From Dehalococcoidia bacterium (GTDB lineage: Bacteria > Chloroflexota > Dehalococcoidia > UBA2979), in contig OZ219868.1 of assembly GCA_964291495.2 (NCBI GenBank), positions 80,743 to 144,742 on the forward strand: a stretch of 64,000 bases of DNA, read 5' to 3'. The first letter of the stretch is position 1; every line of letters begins with the position of its first letter. The position numbers were made by a program, and so were the translations under genes. Positions 52,671 to 61,733 of this stretch are shown here, in pieces. Under the pieces are notes generated by a model that was not told the DNA's origin, did no database searches, and saw nothing but the letters and a program-made list of their open reading frames with translations.

Positions 52671-54140
52671 GTGACCGCTTCTACTGATCCTGACGGAACG
52701 GTGGGTTCGGGCGGCGATGATCTCCGGATGGCGCCGGGCCAGATGCTGGATCTCGCGCGCAGGGCGGCGGAGCTCCTGGTGGAGCGTACCGAGAGCCTGT
52801 CGACGGAAGACGCCTGGGACGGCGAGTTCCGCGACGGCCTCGCACCCGTGTTCATGGGGGAGCCGCCGGAGGAAGGTCTGCCCGCGGAGCAAGTGCTGGA
52901 GCGGGCGGCGCGCGAGATTCTCCCCTACGCCGCGCGGCTCGATCACCCGCGCTCATTCGGATTCGTCCCGACGGCGCCCACCTGGCCGGGCGTCCTCGCC
53001 GACTTCATGGCCGCCGGGTACAACATCAACGGGGCGACCTGGCTTACCGCGAGCGGCCCCAGCCAGGTTGAGCTGGCCGTGATCGACTGGTTCCGCCGCT
53101 GGCTCGGCTATCCCGAAGGTGCGGACGGACTCTTCACGAGCGGCGGGTCGGCAGCCAGTGTCGACGCCTTCGTCGCGGCGCGCGAAGCGGCCGGTAACCC
53201 CGAGCGCGCCACGGTGTACATGAGCGACCAGTCCCATGTCGCGCTCAGACGCGCCGCCATGATCATCGGCGTGAGACCGGAGTCCGTGCGCACGGTCCCG
53301 AGCGACGATCAGTTCCGCCTGGACATGGAAGCGCTGACGCGCGCCGTGGCCGACGACCGCGCCGCCGGTTTCAACCCGATCATCGTCTGCGCGAACGGCG
53401 GCGCGGCGGGCACCGGGGCCATCGATCCCCTCGAGGCGATGGCGGACTTCTGCGAGTCGGAAGGGATCTGGCTCCACGTAGATGCAGCGTACGGCGGCTT
53501 CGCCGTGGTGACCGAGGGCGGGCGAAGGCTGCTGCGCGGGATCGAGCGGGCTGATTCCGTCGGGCTGGACGCGCACAAGTGGTTCTTCCAGCCGTACGAG
53601 GCCGGATGCCTGCTGGTCAAGGACGCGAGCACGCTCCAGAACGCCTTCGCGGTTCGCCCCGACATCCTCCAGGACACGATCTGGGGCGCGAACCACCCGA
53701 ACTTCGCGGATCGGGGGATCCAGATCAGCCGCTCATTCCGCGCGCTGAAGGTCTGGATGTCCGTCCAGATCTTCGGGATGGCGGCGTTCCGGCGGGCCGT
53801 AGCGAAGGGCATGGAGCTGGCCGCGCGCGCCGAGGAGCACGTCCGCAACAGCCCCGTCCTGGAGACCCTGAGCCCGGTGTCGCTGGGAGTCGTGTGCCTC
53901 AGGGTGAATCCCGCGGACGGCGGGCTTGGAGAGGAAGCCCTCGAGAAGGTCAACAGGACCGTGCTCGCCCGCGTCTTCTGGGAAGAGCCCGCGCTGATGT
54001 CCTCGACGATGCTCAAGGGACGCTTTGCACTCAGGCTCTGCATCATCAACCACACGACGGCCTGGGACGACGTGCGCGAAACGCTGGAGGCGATCGAACG
54101 GTTCGGCCGCGAGGCGCTCGCGGCGGAGGCTCCGCGCTGA
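52671..54140 (+). CDS. PLP-dependent group II (aromatic amino acid-type) decarboxylase
   Basis: HPRSFGFV, FTSGGS, SDQSH, TGAIDPL, WLHVDAAYGG, PLP lysine in DAHKW, and SRSFRALKVW; GTG 52671 follows AAGGAG. Confidence 0.92.
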   Translation: MTASTDPDGTVGSGGDDLRMAPGQMLDLARRAAELLVERTESLSTEDAWDGEFRDGLAPVFMGEPPEEGLPAEQVLERAAREILPYAARLDHPRSFGFVPTAPTWPGVLADFMAAGYNINGATWLTASGPSQVELAVIDWFRRWLGYPEGADGLFTSGGSAASVDAFVAAREAAGNPERATVYMSDQSHVALRRAAMIIGVRPESVRTVPSDDQFRLDMEALTRAVADDRAAGFNPIIVCANGGAAGTGAIDPLEAMADFCESEGIWLHVDAAYGGFAVVTEGGRRLLRGIERADSVGLDAHKWFFQPYEAGCLLVKDASTLQNAFAVRPDILQDTIWGANHPNFADRGIQISRSFRALKVWMSVQIFGMAAFRRAVAKGMELAARAEEHVRNSPVLETLSPVSLGVVCLRVNPADGGLGEEALEKVNRTVLARVFWEEPALMSSTMLKGRFALRLCIINHTTAWDDVRETLEAIERFGREALAAEAPR

Positions 54141-54147
54141 ACGGCGG

Positions 54148-54918
54148 CTAGCGGCCCTTCCAGACCGGCGGGCGCTTCTCGGCGAAGGCGCGCGCGCCCT
54201 CGCGGATGTCCTCCGAGCTGTCGATGTTCGCCCGGTAGACCCACTCGCTGAGGCGGTACGAGTAGTCCATGTTCTCGTGCCGCCAGGCGCGGAAGGCAGC
54301 CTTCGTGCCCTTGACCGCCAGCGGCGCGTTCTCCGCGATCAGCTCGGCGATCTCGATCGCCCGAGGCAGCAGCCGCTCCGGCTCGACGACCTCGGCGACG
54401 ATCCCCCACTCCTTCGCCTTCTCGGGCTCGACACGGTCGCCGGTGAGCAGCATGTAGCTGGCCGCCGCGAGGTTGATCATCCTCGGGAGGTGGTGGATGG
54501 CGTAGCCGGCCATGCGGCCGCGCTTCGGCTCGAACAGCGCGAACCAGGCTTCGGTCGAGCAGATCCGGATGTCGCAGTCGAGCGCGCGCTCGAGGCCGCC
54601 GCCGACGGCCAGTCCGTTGACCGCGGCGATATAGGGCTTCTGCGCCAGCGAGTAGGGCGCCGAGTCGTTGAAGCGCACGGTCGGCTTGGTGCGGCCCGCC
54701 GAGAACTCCTCGTTGCTCTCCTTCAGGTCGGCGCCCGCGCAGAAGGCGCGGCCCGCGCCGGTCACGATGCCGGCGCGCATCTCGGGGTCCGCCTCGAAGT
54801 CGGCGACGGCGCGCTTGAGGTCCTCCTGCATCGCGCCGCCGAGGGCGTTGAGCCGCTCGGGGCGGTTCATCGTGAAGATGGCGTAGTGGTCGCGCTTGTC
54901 GTACAGCAGATCGGGCAT
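54148..54918 (-). CDS. Enoyl-CoA hydratase/isomerase family protein
   Basis: MNRPERLNAL, AFCAGADL, KPYIAAVNG, GGGLE, LFEPKRG and EGARAFAEKRPPVW. Confidence 0.93.
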   Translation of the reverse strand: MPDLLYDKRDHYAIFTMNRPERLNALGGAMQEDLKRAVADFEADPEMRAGIVTGAGRAFCAGADLKESNEEFSAGRTKPTVRFNDSAPYSLAQKPYIAAVNGLAVGGGLERALDCDIRICSTEAWFALFEPKRGRMAGYAIHHLPRMINLAAASYMLLTGDRVEPEKAKEWGIVAEVVEPERLLPRAIEIAELIAENAPLAVKGTKAAFRAWRHENMDYSYRLSEWVYRANIDSSEDIREGARAFAEKRPPVWKGR

Positions 54919-55063
54919 GGCCAGTCCTGTCTCCCAGTCGCGCCGTGATCATGGCGAGGCCGACGTCGCTTCGCAACCCCTCGTACCCGACAGCCGAAGC
55001 GCGGCGAATCCTGGCGGGCTGAGGTAGGGTGAGAGGGGAGCCCGATGGGCCCGGAGGCGAACG

Positions 55064-55372
55064 ATGATTCCCGATATTGCGGACCGCGCCGAAGAGCTGG
55101 AGAGCCTCTGCGTCCGCTATGGCGTCCGCCGGCTGGGCCTGTTCGGATCCGCGGCGACAGACACGCACCTCCGCGACGACAGTGATCTCGACTTCCTCGT
55201 TGAGTTCGACCCGACCGTGCTCGCCACCTACGCGGATGCCTACTTCGGCCTGCTGGAGTCCCTCGAGCGACTCTTTGGAAGGCCGGTCGATCTCGTCATC
55301 GGCCCAGCGATCAGGAACCCGTACTTCCTGCAAGCCGTCGAGCAGACCAGGACGCCTCTCTATGAAGCTTGA
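55064..55372 (+). CDS. mntA: Minimal nucleotidyltransferase (MNT) antitoxin
   Basis: LFGS...SDLDFLVEF and LFGRPVDLV; overlaps the downstream HEPN gene. Confidence 0.88.
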   Translation: MIPDIADRAEELESLCVRYGVRRLGLFGSAATDTHLRDDSDLDFLVEFDPTVLATYADAYFGLLESLERLFGRPVDLVIGPAIRNPYFLQAVEQTRTPLYEA

Positions 55373-55703
55373 GGTCCGGAAGTACCTCTATGACGCGCAG
55401 CGCGCCGCTGCGCTGCTTCGAGAGTTCACCGACGCCAAGACCTTCTCCGATTACGAGCGTGACGCGATGCTGCGGGCTGCGGTGGAGCGTCAGTTTGAGA
55501 TCATCGGCGAGGCCATCGCGAGACTCGCCAGGGTCGACGAAGCCACCGTCGCGGGGATCAGCGACTATCAGCGCATCATCGCCTTCCGGAACGTCCTGAT
55601 TCACGGATACGCCGATATCGACGACCGCCTGGTATGGAACGTGGTCGAAACCAGCCTCCCGACCCTTGCTCGCGAGGTGGACGACCTCATCGAGGCTGAT
55701 TGA
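55362..55703 (+). CDS. hepT: HEPN (DUF86) RNase toxin
   Basis: ATG 55362 overlaps the mntA 3' end; AVERQFEIIGEA and the R-x4-H-x-Y motif RNVLIHGY. Confidence 0.9.
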   Translation: MKLEVRKYLYDAQRAAALLREFTDAKTFSDYERDAMLRAAVERQFEIIGEAIARLARVDEATVAGISDYQRIIAFRNVLIHGYADIDDRLVWNVVETSLPTLAREVDDLIEAD

Positions 55704-55775
55704 GGAGCCGCCTTCGCACGCGCGCGCCTCTCGCCGCCGTCCGCTACCCTGCGGCGAGGACATGGAGGAGCGACG

Positions 55776-56708
55776 ATGAGCGCGCGCATCGGGCTGGGCA
55801 TGGCGGCGTTCCCGTTCGCCTCGACGCGGACGTTCCGCGAGTGGGTCGAGCTTTGCGAGGAGCGCGACGTCGACTCGATCTGGCAGTCCGACCGGCTGAT
55901 CTCGCCGCAACCACAGCTCGAGGCGCTGAGCGTCATGGCGGCGCTCGCCGGGGCAACCGAGCGGCTCAAGTTCGGGATGAGCGTCGTCGTCCTGCCGCTG
56001 CGCGATCCGCTCGTGCTCGCGATGCAGTGCGCAACCATCGACTTCCTCAGCGACGGCCGGATGCTGCCCGCCTTCGGCGTCGGCCCCGAGGTCGCACCCG
56101 AGTGGGCGGCGACCGGCCGCGAGCCCCGCGGGCGCGGGCCGAAGTCCGACGAGATGCTCGAGATCGTCACCCGCCTCTGGCGCGGCGAAACCGTGAGCCT
56201 CGAGGGCGAGCACTACCGCTACAAGGACGCCTCGATCGCTCCGCTGCCCGTGCAACAGCCGCTGCCACTCTGGATCGGCGGCTCCAGCCCGGCGGCGGTG
56301 CGCCGTATCGCGCGCTTCGGCAACGGTTGGCTCGGCGGGCTGCAGTCGCCGGCGCAGGTCGCGCCGGTGGTCGAATCGATTCGCAAGGTCTCGAGGGAGG
56401 CAGGGCGCCCGGTCCCCGAGGACCACTACGGCGCGAGCTTCCCCTTCCGCTTCGGTGATTGGGACGACCCGATCGTCGAGCGCCACGCCGCCACGATCAG
56501 CCGCCGCCCCGGCCTCAGCGACCGCGCCGATCCGACCGCCTACTTCGCCGTCGGTGACGCGGCCGCCATCCTCGAACGTATCGAGGAGTACGCCGCTGTC
56601 GGCGTCTCCAAGTTCGTGATGCGGCCGATCGCGGAGAGCGACGACGAGCTGATCGAGCAGACCCGGCGCCTCGCGGACGAGGTGCTGCCCGTCGTCCACG
56701 GCGAGTAG
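55776..56708 (+). CDS. LLM-class flavin-dependent oxidoreductase
   Basis: DSIWQSDRL, LPLRDPLVLA...TIDFLSDGR, PVQQPLPLWIGG and RRIARFGNGW. Confidence 0.92.
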   Translation: MSARIGLGMAAFPFASTRTFREWVELCEERDVDSIWQSDRLISPQPQLEALSVMAALAGATERLKFGMSVVVLPLRDPLVLAMQCATIDFLSDGRMLPAFGVGPEVAPEWAATGREPRGRGPKSDEMLEIVTRLWRGETVSLEGEHYRYKDASIAPLPVQQPLPLWIGGSSPAAVRRIARFGNGWLGGLQSPAQVAPVVESIRKVSREAGRPVPEDHYGASFPFRFGDWDDPIVERHAATISRRPGLSDRADPTAYFAVGDAAAILERIEEYAAVGVSKFVMRPIAESDDELIEQTRRLADEVLPVVHGE

Positions 56709-56722
56709 CCGGCGGATCCGCG

Positions 56723-57622
56723 ATGGCGTCGGCCGGCCCCGTCCAGCACCACTTCGACTCGCAGCGCCTGCGGCTGGCCTACTGGGAGTGGGGCAGCGCC
56801 AATGCGCCGCCGCTGCTGCTGCTGCACGGCAAGCGCGACCACGCGCGCTCGCTCGACCGCCTCGCGGCTGCGTTCTGCGCCGACTACCGGGTGATCGCCC
56901 CGGACCTGCGAGGGCACGGCGACTCGGATTGGGCCGTCGGCGGCTATTACGGGATGTCCGAGCACATCGCGGACCTGCTGGCGCTGATCGACGTGATCGG
57001 CGGGCCGGTCGACATCGTCGGGCACTCCTTCGGCTCCCGGATCGCGCTCTATGCGGCGGGCGCGTTCCCCGAGCGCGTGAACTCGGTCGTCGCGATCGAG
57101 GCGACGGTCAACTTCGCGTTCCGCGGTCTCTCGCGCCGCCCGCTGAGCGAGCCCGAGGCGCTGCGCCGCTGGGTCGCGCGCCACGAGGGCTACGCGGAGT
57201 TGCAGCCGCGCGTCTACAGGACGCTCGAGGAAGCGCGAGAGCGCATCCAGCTCGTCGACAGCCGCCTCGATGACGCGTTCGCCCTCGAGCTGGCCCGGCA
57301 CGCGCTGCGGCCCGTCGAGGGCGGCTACATCTGGAAGTTCGACCCGTTCGCGCGAGGCCGCACCAGCGACGAGGTCGATGTGGAGACGGTGCGCAGCTTC
57401 TGGTCGGCGATCGAGTGCCCGGTGCTGCACCTGCTCGGCGGAGCCTCGACGTGGTCGACGACCCCGCCGCTCGAAGAGGACCGGGCGGCGTTCCGCGACG
57501 CGCGCTGGGTGATCGTCCCGGAGGCAGGCCACTGGCTGCACCACGACGCGCCCGAGGTCGCCATCCGCGAGACGCGCGCCTTCCTCGAGCGGCACGGGCA
57601 GGCGGGTGGCGGGGCGGGCTGA
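56723..57622 (+). CDS. Alpha/beta hydrolase
   Basis: LLLHG, APDLRGHGDS, GHSFG nucleophile elbow and AGHWLHHDAP. Confidence 0.92.
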   Translation: MASAGPVQHHFDSQRLRLAYWEWGSANAPPLLLLHGKRDHARSLDRLAAAFCADYRVIAPDLRGHGDSDWAVGGYYGMSEHIADLLALIDVIGGPVDIVGHSFGSRIALYAAGAFPERVNSVVAIEATVNFAFRGLSRRPLSEPEALRRWVARHEGYAELQPRVYRTLEEARERIQLVDSRLDDAFALELARHALRPVEGGYIWKFDPFARGRTSDEVDVETVRSFWSAIECPVLHLLGGASTWSTTPPLEEDRAAFRDARWVIVPEAGHWLHHDAPEVAIRETRAFLERHGQAGGGAG

Positions 57623-57638
57623 AGCGGGGGGCGGGAGG

Positions 57639-57699
57639 CTACTGCTGGTAGCAGTAGGTAGTACGCCTGGTAGCAAGAGCGGGCGGACTCAGGTAGCAT
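57639..57699 (+). promoter_or_regulatory. Promoter/operator of the RHH-MazF pair
   Basis: Inverted repeat CTACTGCT-GGT-AGCAGTAG (57639-57657), four GGTAG(C/T)A copies (57647, 57657, 57669, 57692) and a TAGCAT -10 box 7 nt before the ATG. Confidence 0.6.
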
Positions 57700-57706
57700 T
57701 GTTCCC

Positions 57707-57973
57707 ATGAAGTTAAGCGTCAGTCTGCCGGAACAGGATGTCGAGTTCGTCGATCGGTACATCGCCAAACACGGCGAGGCGTCGCGTTCGGCGGTTTTGC
57801 GGAAGGCGTTGGAGCGACTGCGCGACGATGAGCTCGTCGAGGCTTACAAGATCGCCTGGGAAGAGTGGGAAGCCTCCGGTGACGCCGCGCTGTGGGACGT
57901 GACGGTCGGCGACGGTCTGGAGCCCGAAGACTGGTCGGCGGAACGGGCCGCCGGGCCTGCGCGCGAGGACTAA
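57707..57973 (+). CDS. Ribbon-helix-helix antitoxin (MazE-like)
   Basis: MKLSVSLP...VEFVDRY...SRSAVLRKAL RHH pattern and acidic tail 'AYKIAWEEW...WDVTVGDGL'; TAATG overlap with the toxin. Confidence 0.88.
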   Translation: MKLSVSLPEQDVEFVDRYIAKHGEASRSAVLRKALERLRDDELVEAYKIAWEEWEASGDAALWDVTVGDGLEPEDWSAERAAGPARED

Positions 57974-58320
57974 TGTTCCGCGGCGACATCGTGTGGGCCG
58001 ATTTCGAGCCCGCCCTCGCGAACGAGGTCGACAAGATTCGGCCAGCGGTGATCGTCACGAACGAGCGTGCCAATCGGGCCATTCGGGAGTTGGGCCGGGG
58101 CGCCGTAACGGTGGTTCCACTCACGAGTCGCACTGAGCCTCTATTGCCCTTCCAGGTGCTGATCGGCGCGCGGGGGACGGGCCTACGCACCCTCTCCAAG
58201 GCGCAGGTGGAGCAAATCAGGGCCATCTCGGTGGATCGCATCCGCGGGCCGATCGGCCGCGCGCCGAGCGACGTGATGGCCGCTATCGACGATGCGATCC
58301 GGCTACACCTCGCACTCTGA
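57973..58320 (+). CDS. mazF: PemK/MazF-family endoribonuclease toxin
   Basis: MFRGDIVWADFEP...NEVDKIRPAVIV...VTVVPLTS...SKAQVEQIRAIS. Confidence 0.92.
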   Translation: MFRGDIVWADFEPALANEVDKIRPAVIVTNERANRAIRELGRGAVTVVPLTSRTEPLLPFQVLIGARGTGLRTLSKAQVEQIRAISVDRIRGPIGRAPSDVMAAIDDAIRLHLAL

Positions 58321-58336
58321 GGTCACCCCGCCGCAG

Positions 58337-58489
58337 CTACTTGAACAGCTTGCCCAGCCCCCGGCCGGTCGCCTTCCCGGCGGCGCGGCGCGCGATCCGC
58401 CGCCCGCCGCGCCCGCGCCGCACGGCGTTGATGTCGCCGAGCAGCCTCGCGAGCCAGTAGAGGAAGCCTCGGGTCTTGTTGATGCTCAT
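58337..58489 (-). CDS. 50-aa highly basic small protein (below the ORF-track cutoff)
   Basis: MSINKTRGFLYWLARLLGDINAVRRGRGGRRIARRAAGKATGRGLGKLFK; AAGGA/GAGG SD, GC3-rich codons, and a start 11 nt after the upstream gene's stop. Confidence 0.78.
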   Translation of the reverse strand: MSINKTRGFLYWLARLLGDINAVRRGRGGRRIARRAAGKATGRGLGKLFK

Positions 58490-58500
58490 CGCCTCGTTCC

Positions 58501-59382
58501 TTACGCCGCGCCCTCGGTGACGCCGTAGCGCGCCTCCAGCTCGTGCCAGTCAGGGGCGCCGACGATCTGCTCGAACTCGTGGAAGCCGGTGAGGGCGTCA
58601 ACGCGGCTCGCCGTCGTCTTCTCGTCGTGCAGGGCGCGGAAGGTGGCGGCGACTGCCTTCGCCGCGCTGAACAGCGCCGCGAGGGGGAAGACCACCATCC
58701 CGTAGCCGAGCTCCTGCAGCTCCGTGGTGGAGAGCAGAGGCGTCTTGCCGCCCTCGATCATGTTGGCGAACAGCGGCGCGTCCGGGATCGCCTCGCGCAC
58801 CGCCTTCAGCTCGTCGATCGACTGCGGCGCCTCGACGAACACGACGTCGGCGCCCGCCTCGTGGTAGAGCCGGCCGCGGCGGATCGCCTCGTCCAGGCCG
58901 AGCGGAGCGCGCGCGTCCGTGCGGCCGATGATTACGAGGTCGTCGTCGCCTCGGGCGTCGACGGCGGCGTGGAGCTTCTGGACCTGCTCCTCGGCGGGGA
59001 TCACGCGCTTGCCCTCGAAATGGCCGCACTTCTTGGGCCACTCCTGGTCCTCGAGGATGATCCCGGCCACGCCCGCGCTGACGCACTCGCGCACGGTGCG
59101 CACGACGTTGAGCGGGTTGCCGTAGCCGGTGTCCATATCGGCCACCAGCGGCACGTCGACGGCGGCGACGATCGGCCGCACGCGGTCGAGCACCTCGGAG
59201 GCGGTGAGCAGGCCGTAGTCGGGGGCGCCGAGGGCGGCGGCGGAGAAGCCGAAGCCGGTCGTGAAGACGGCGTCGAAGCCGGCCTGCTGCGCGAGCCTCG
59301 CCGAGAGCGCGTCGTAGGCGCCGGGCAGCACGATGATCTCGGGTCCGTCGAGCCGGGCCCGCAGGGCGGTCGAGTGGCGCAT
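58501..59382 (-). CDS. Isocitrate lyase/PEP mutase family enzyme (2-methylisocitrate lyase/carboxyPEP mutase-like)
   Basis: PGAYDALSARL, DMDTGYG, LEDQEWPKKCGH, IIGRTDA, ADVVFVEA and ANMIEGGKTP; ATG 59382 follows GGAGG. Confidence 0.92.
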   Translation of the reverse strand: MRHSTALRARLDGPEIIVLPGAYDALSARLAQQAGFDAVFTTGFGFSAAALGAPDYGLLTASEVLDRVRPIVAAVDVPLVADMDTGYGNPLNVVRTVRECVSAGVAGIILEDQEWPKKCGHFEGKRVIPAEEQVQKLHAAVDARGDDDLVIIGRTDARAPLGLDEAIRRGRLYHEAGADVVFVEAPQSIDELKAVREAIPDAPLFANMIEGGKTPLLSTTELQELGYGMVVFPLAALFSAAKAVAATFRALHDEKTTASRVDALTGFHEFEQIVGAPDWHELEARYGVTEGAA

Positions 59383-59487
59383 CTGGTCCTCCATCCCGCC
59401 CCGGCGCGCTGACTCGGGGCGCGCGCGGAGGATAGCGGACCCCGCTCTCGCCGGCCTCGGGGGCGCGACGGTGGGCCCGGGATCGGT

Positions 59488-59603
59488 GTGACGCCTACAG
59501 GCGGTCGTGCTATAGTCCGGTCCCCGGGGCAGGGGTTTCTCGCACACCGTTTGCCGAGGAAAGATCGGGGGTACCTGTAGATTGTTGGTGTAAACCAACA
59601 ATC
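59488..59603 (+). promoter_or_regulatory. Sigma70-type promoter and structured 5' leader of the betaine-type ABC operon
   Basis: -35 GTGACG (59488-93), 17-nt spacer, extended -10 TGcTATAGT (59508-16); perfect inverted repeat GATTGTTGGT-GTAA-ACCAACAATC at 59580-59603. Confidence 0.6.
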
Positions 59604-59608
59604 GTGTG

Positions 59609-60490
59609 ATGGTCCAAGACGAACAACAAATACAGGTCGAAGGGCTGTGGAAGATATTCGGCGATAACGCCGATCTGGTTTTTGAGCCCGAATACATCGA
59701 TAAAACCCGATCTGAAATCCAGGATGAACTTGGCGCTGTAATTGGTCTTCGGGACGTGTCCTTTGGTGTCAATCCCGGAGAAACATTCGTGGTCATGGGG
59801 CTCTCGGGGAGCGGCAAATCCACGCTCGCCCGCTGCCTGATCCGCCTGATCGATGCGACCCGCGGCGCGATTCGCTTCGACGGCGAGGACATCCTCGAGT
59901 GCAGCGAGAGGGATCTCACCGAGTTCCGCCGCCAGAAGATCGCGATGGTCTTCCAGCACTACGGGCTGCTGCCGCACCGCTGCGTGCTCGACAACGTCGC
60001 TTACGGCCTCGAGATCCAGGGCATCGGCGAGGGCGAGCGCTACGGGGCCGCGCGCGAGGCGATCGAGACGGTCGGCCTCGACGGCTGGGAGGACTACTAC
60101 CCGCACGAGATGAGCGGCGGGATGCAGCAGCGCGTCGGCATCGCGAGGGCGCTCGCGGTCGATCCGGACGTGCTGATCATGGATGAGCCGTTCAGCGGCC
60201 TCGATCCACTGATCCGCAGGAAGATGCAGGACGAGCTGAAGGCGCTCCAGGACCAGCTGCACAAGACGATCGTCTTCATCACGCACGACCTCAACGAGGC
60301 GATCAAGCTGGGCGACCGGATCGCGATCATGCGCGACGGCGAGATCGTCCAGGAAGGCCCGCCCGAGGAGATCGTCACGCGGCCCGCCGACGAGTACGTC
60401 GCGGACTTCGTGCAAGACGTCTCGAGCGTCGCCGAGCTGCGGGCGGGCGCGACGGAGCCATCCGCGGTTGGCGGTGGAGGAGGCGGGTAG
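59609..60490 (+). CDS. proV: Glycine betaine/proline ABC transporter ATP-binding subunit (no CBS domains)
   Basis: [51 protein letters not shown] and FITHDLNEA. Confidence 0.93.
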   Translation: MVQDEQQIQVEGLWKIFGDNADLVFEPEYIDKTRSEIQDELGAVIGLRDVSFGVNPGETFVVMGLSGSGKSTLARCLIRLIDATRGAIRFDGEDILECSERDLTEFRRQKIAMVFQHYGLLPHRCVLDNVAYGLEIQGIGEGERYGAAREAIETVGLDGWEDYYPHEMSGGMQQRVGIARALAVDPDVLIMDEPFSGLDPLIRRKMQDELKALQDQLHKTIVFITHDLNEAIKLGDRIAIMRDGEIVQEGPPEEIVTRPADEYVADFVQDVSSVAELRAGATEPSAVGGGGGG

Positions 60491-61561
60491 ATGGCCGCCA
60501 CCGACATCGAGGGCGCGCCGCGAAGCGCTGATCACGCGCTGGCCGGCAGGGGCCTGTTCCAATGGATGCACTCCCGCTTGCGGCTGTTCGCGGGGCTTGC
60601 GGCGGTGCTCGTGGTCCTCGTGGTGAGCCTGCTCGTCTGGGGACCGGGGATGGGCTTCCCCACGACCCTGTCGGAGTCCGAGGCGCCGGCAGGTGACAGA
60701 ACGGTCACGCTGGAGAGCACGATCCGGGGAGAGACCGGCGACGCGATCGACCGCGCGGTCGATTGGCTGACCACCGAGGGCGACTGGCTGTTCGATGGCA
60801 TCAGCGACGCGATCGCGTATGCGCTGGTGAACATCGAGGATGTGCTCAAGTGGGTGCCCTGGCCGGTCATCGTGGTCGGCCTCGCGCTGGTCGCATTCGC
60901 GGTGGGGCGCTGGACCCTGATGGGCTTCACGGCGCTCGCCCTGCTCTACCTCGGGTTCATGGATCTCTGGGAGAACGCGGTCGACACCATCGCCCTCATC
61001 GTGGTGGCGGTGGCGATCTCGCTCGCAATCGGCCTGCCGCTCGGCGTGCTGGGCGCACGCAGCAGCATCGCCGACAACGTGATGCGTCCGATCCTCGACG
61101 CGATGCAGACGATGCCGAGCTTCGTCTACCTGCTGCCCGGCATCCTGTTCTTCGGCCTGGGCAAGCCGGCCGGCATCTTCGCCACGGTGATCTACGCTGT
61201 GCCGCCCGTGATCCGGCTTACGAATCTCGGCATCCGCCAGGTCGATCCGGAGGTAGTCGAGGCGGCGCTCGCCTTCGGGTCGTCGCCGTGGCAGGTGCTC
61301 AAGAAGGTTCAGATCCCGATGGCGCTGCCCACGATCATGGCAGGCATCAACCAGACCACGCTGATGGCGCTGGCGATGGTCACGATCGCCAGCATGGTGG
61401 CCGCCGGAGGTCTCGGCGACAACGTGCTGCGCGCGCTGCAGAAGAATCAATCGGGGAACGGCCTGATCGCGGGGCTCGCGATCGTCTTCCTCGCCATCAT
61501 CATTGATCGCCTGACACAATCCATCGGTTCCGGCGAGAAGGGACGAATGAGCGCCGGCTGA
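60491..61561 (+). CDS. proW: Glycine betaine/proline ABC transporter permease
   Basis: RPILDAMQTMPSFVYL, IRLTNLGIRQV, EAALAFG and IMAGINQT. Confidence 0.93.
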   Translation: MAATDIEGAPRSADHALAGRGLFQWMHSRLRLFAGLAAVLVVLVVSLLVWGPGMGFPTTLSESEAPAGDRTVTLESTIRGETGDAIDRAVDWLTTEGDWLFDGISDAIAYALVNIEDVLKWVPWPVIVVGLALVAFAVGRWTLMGFTALALLYLGFMDLWENAVDTIALIVVAVAISLAIGLPLGVLGARSSIADNVMRPILDAMQTMPSFVYLLPGILFFGLGKPAGIFATVIYAVPPVIRLTNLGIRQVDPEVVEAALAFGSSPWQVLKKVQIPMALPTIMAGINQTTLMALAMVTIASMVAAGGLGDNVLRALQKNQSGNGLIAGLAIVFLAIIIDRLTQSIGSGEKGRMSAG

Positions 61562-61733
61562 CCTGGCCGGCCGTGATGAATACCGAGCAGCGCAGTCAAA
61601 GCCCTGAACCGCTCCGCACTTGCGGAGGGGACTCCTTCGGCGCGATCAGTCGCTGGTACGTTCGTCGCCGCTACCAGCCGTGAGGCGCTCCGATACGTTC
61701 AAGCATGAATCCCCCAATGAAAGGAGTTGGGAT

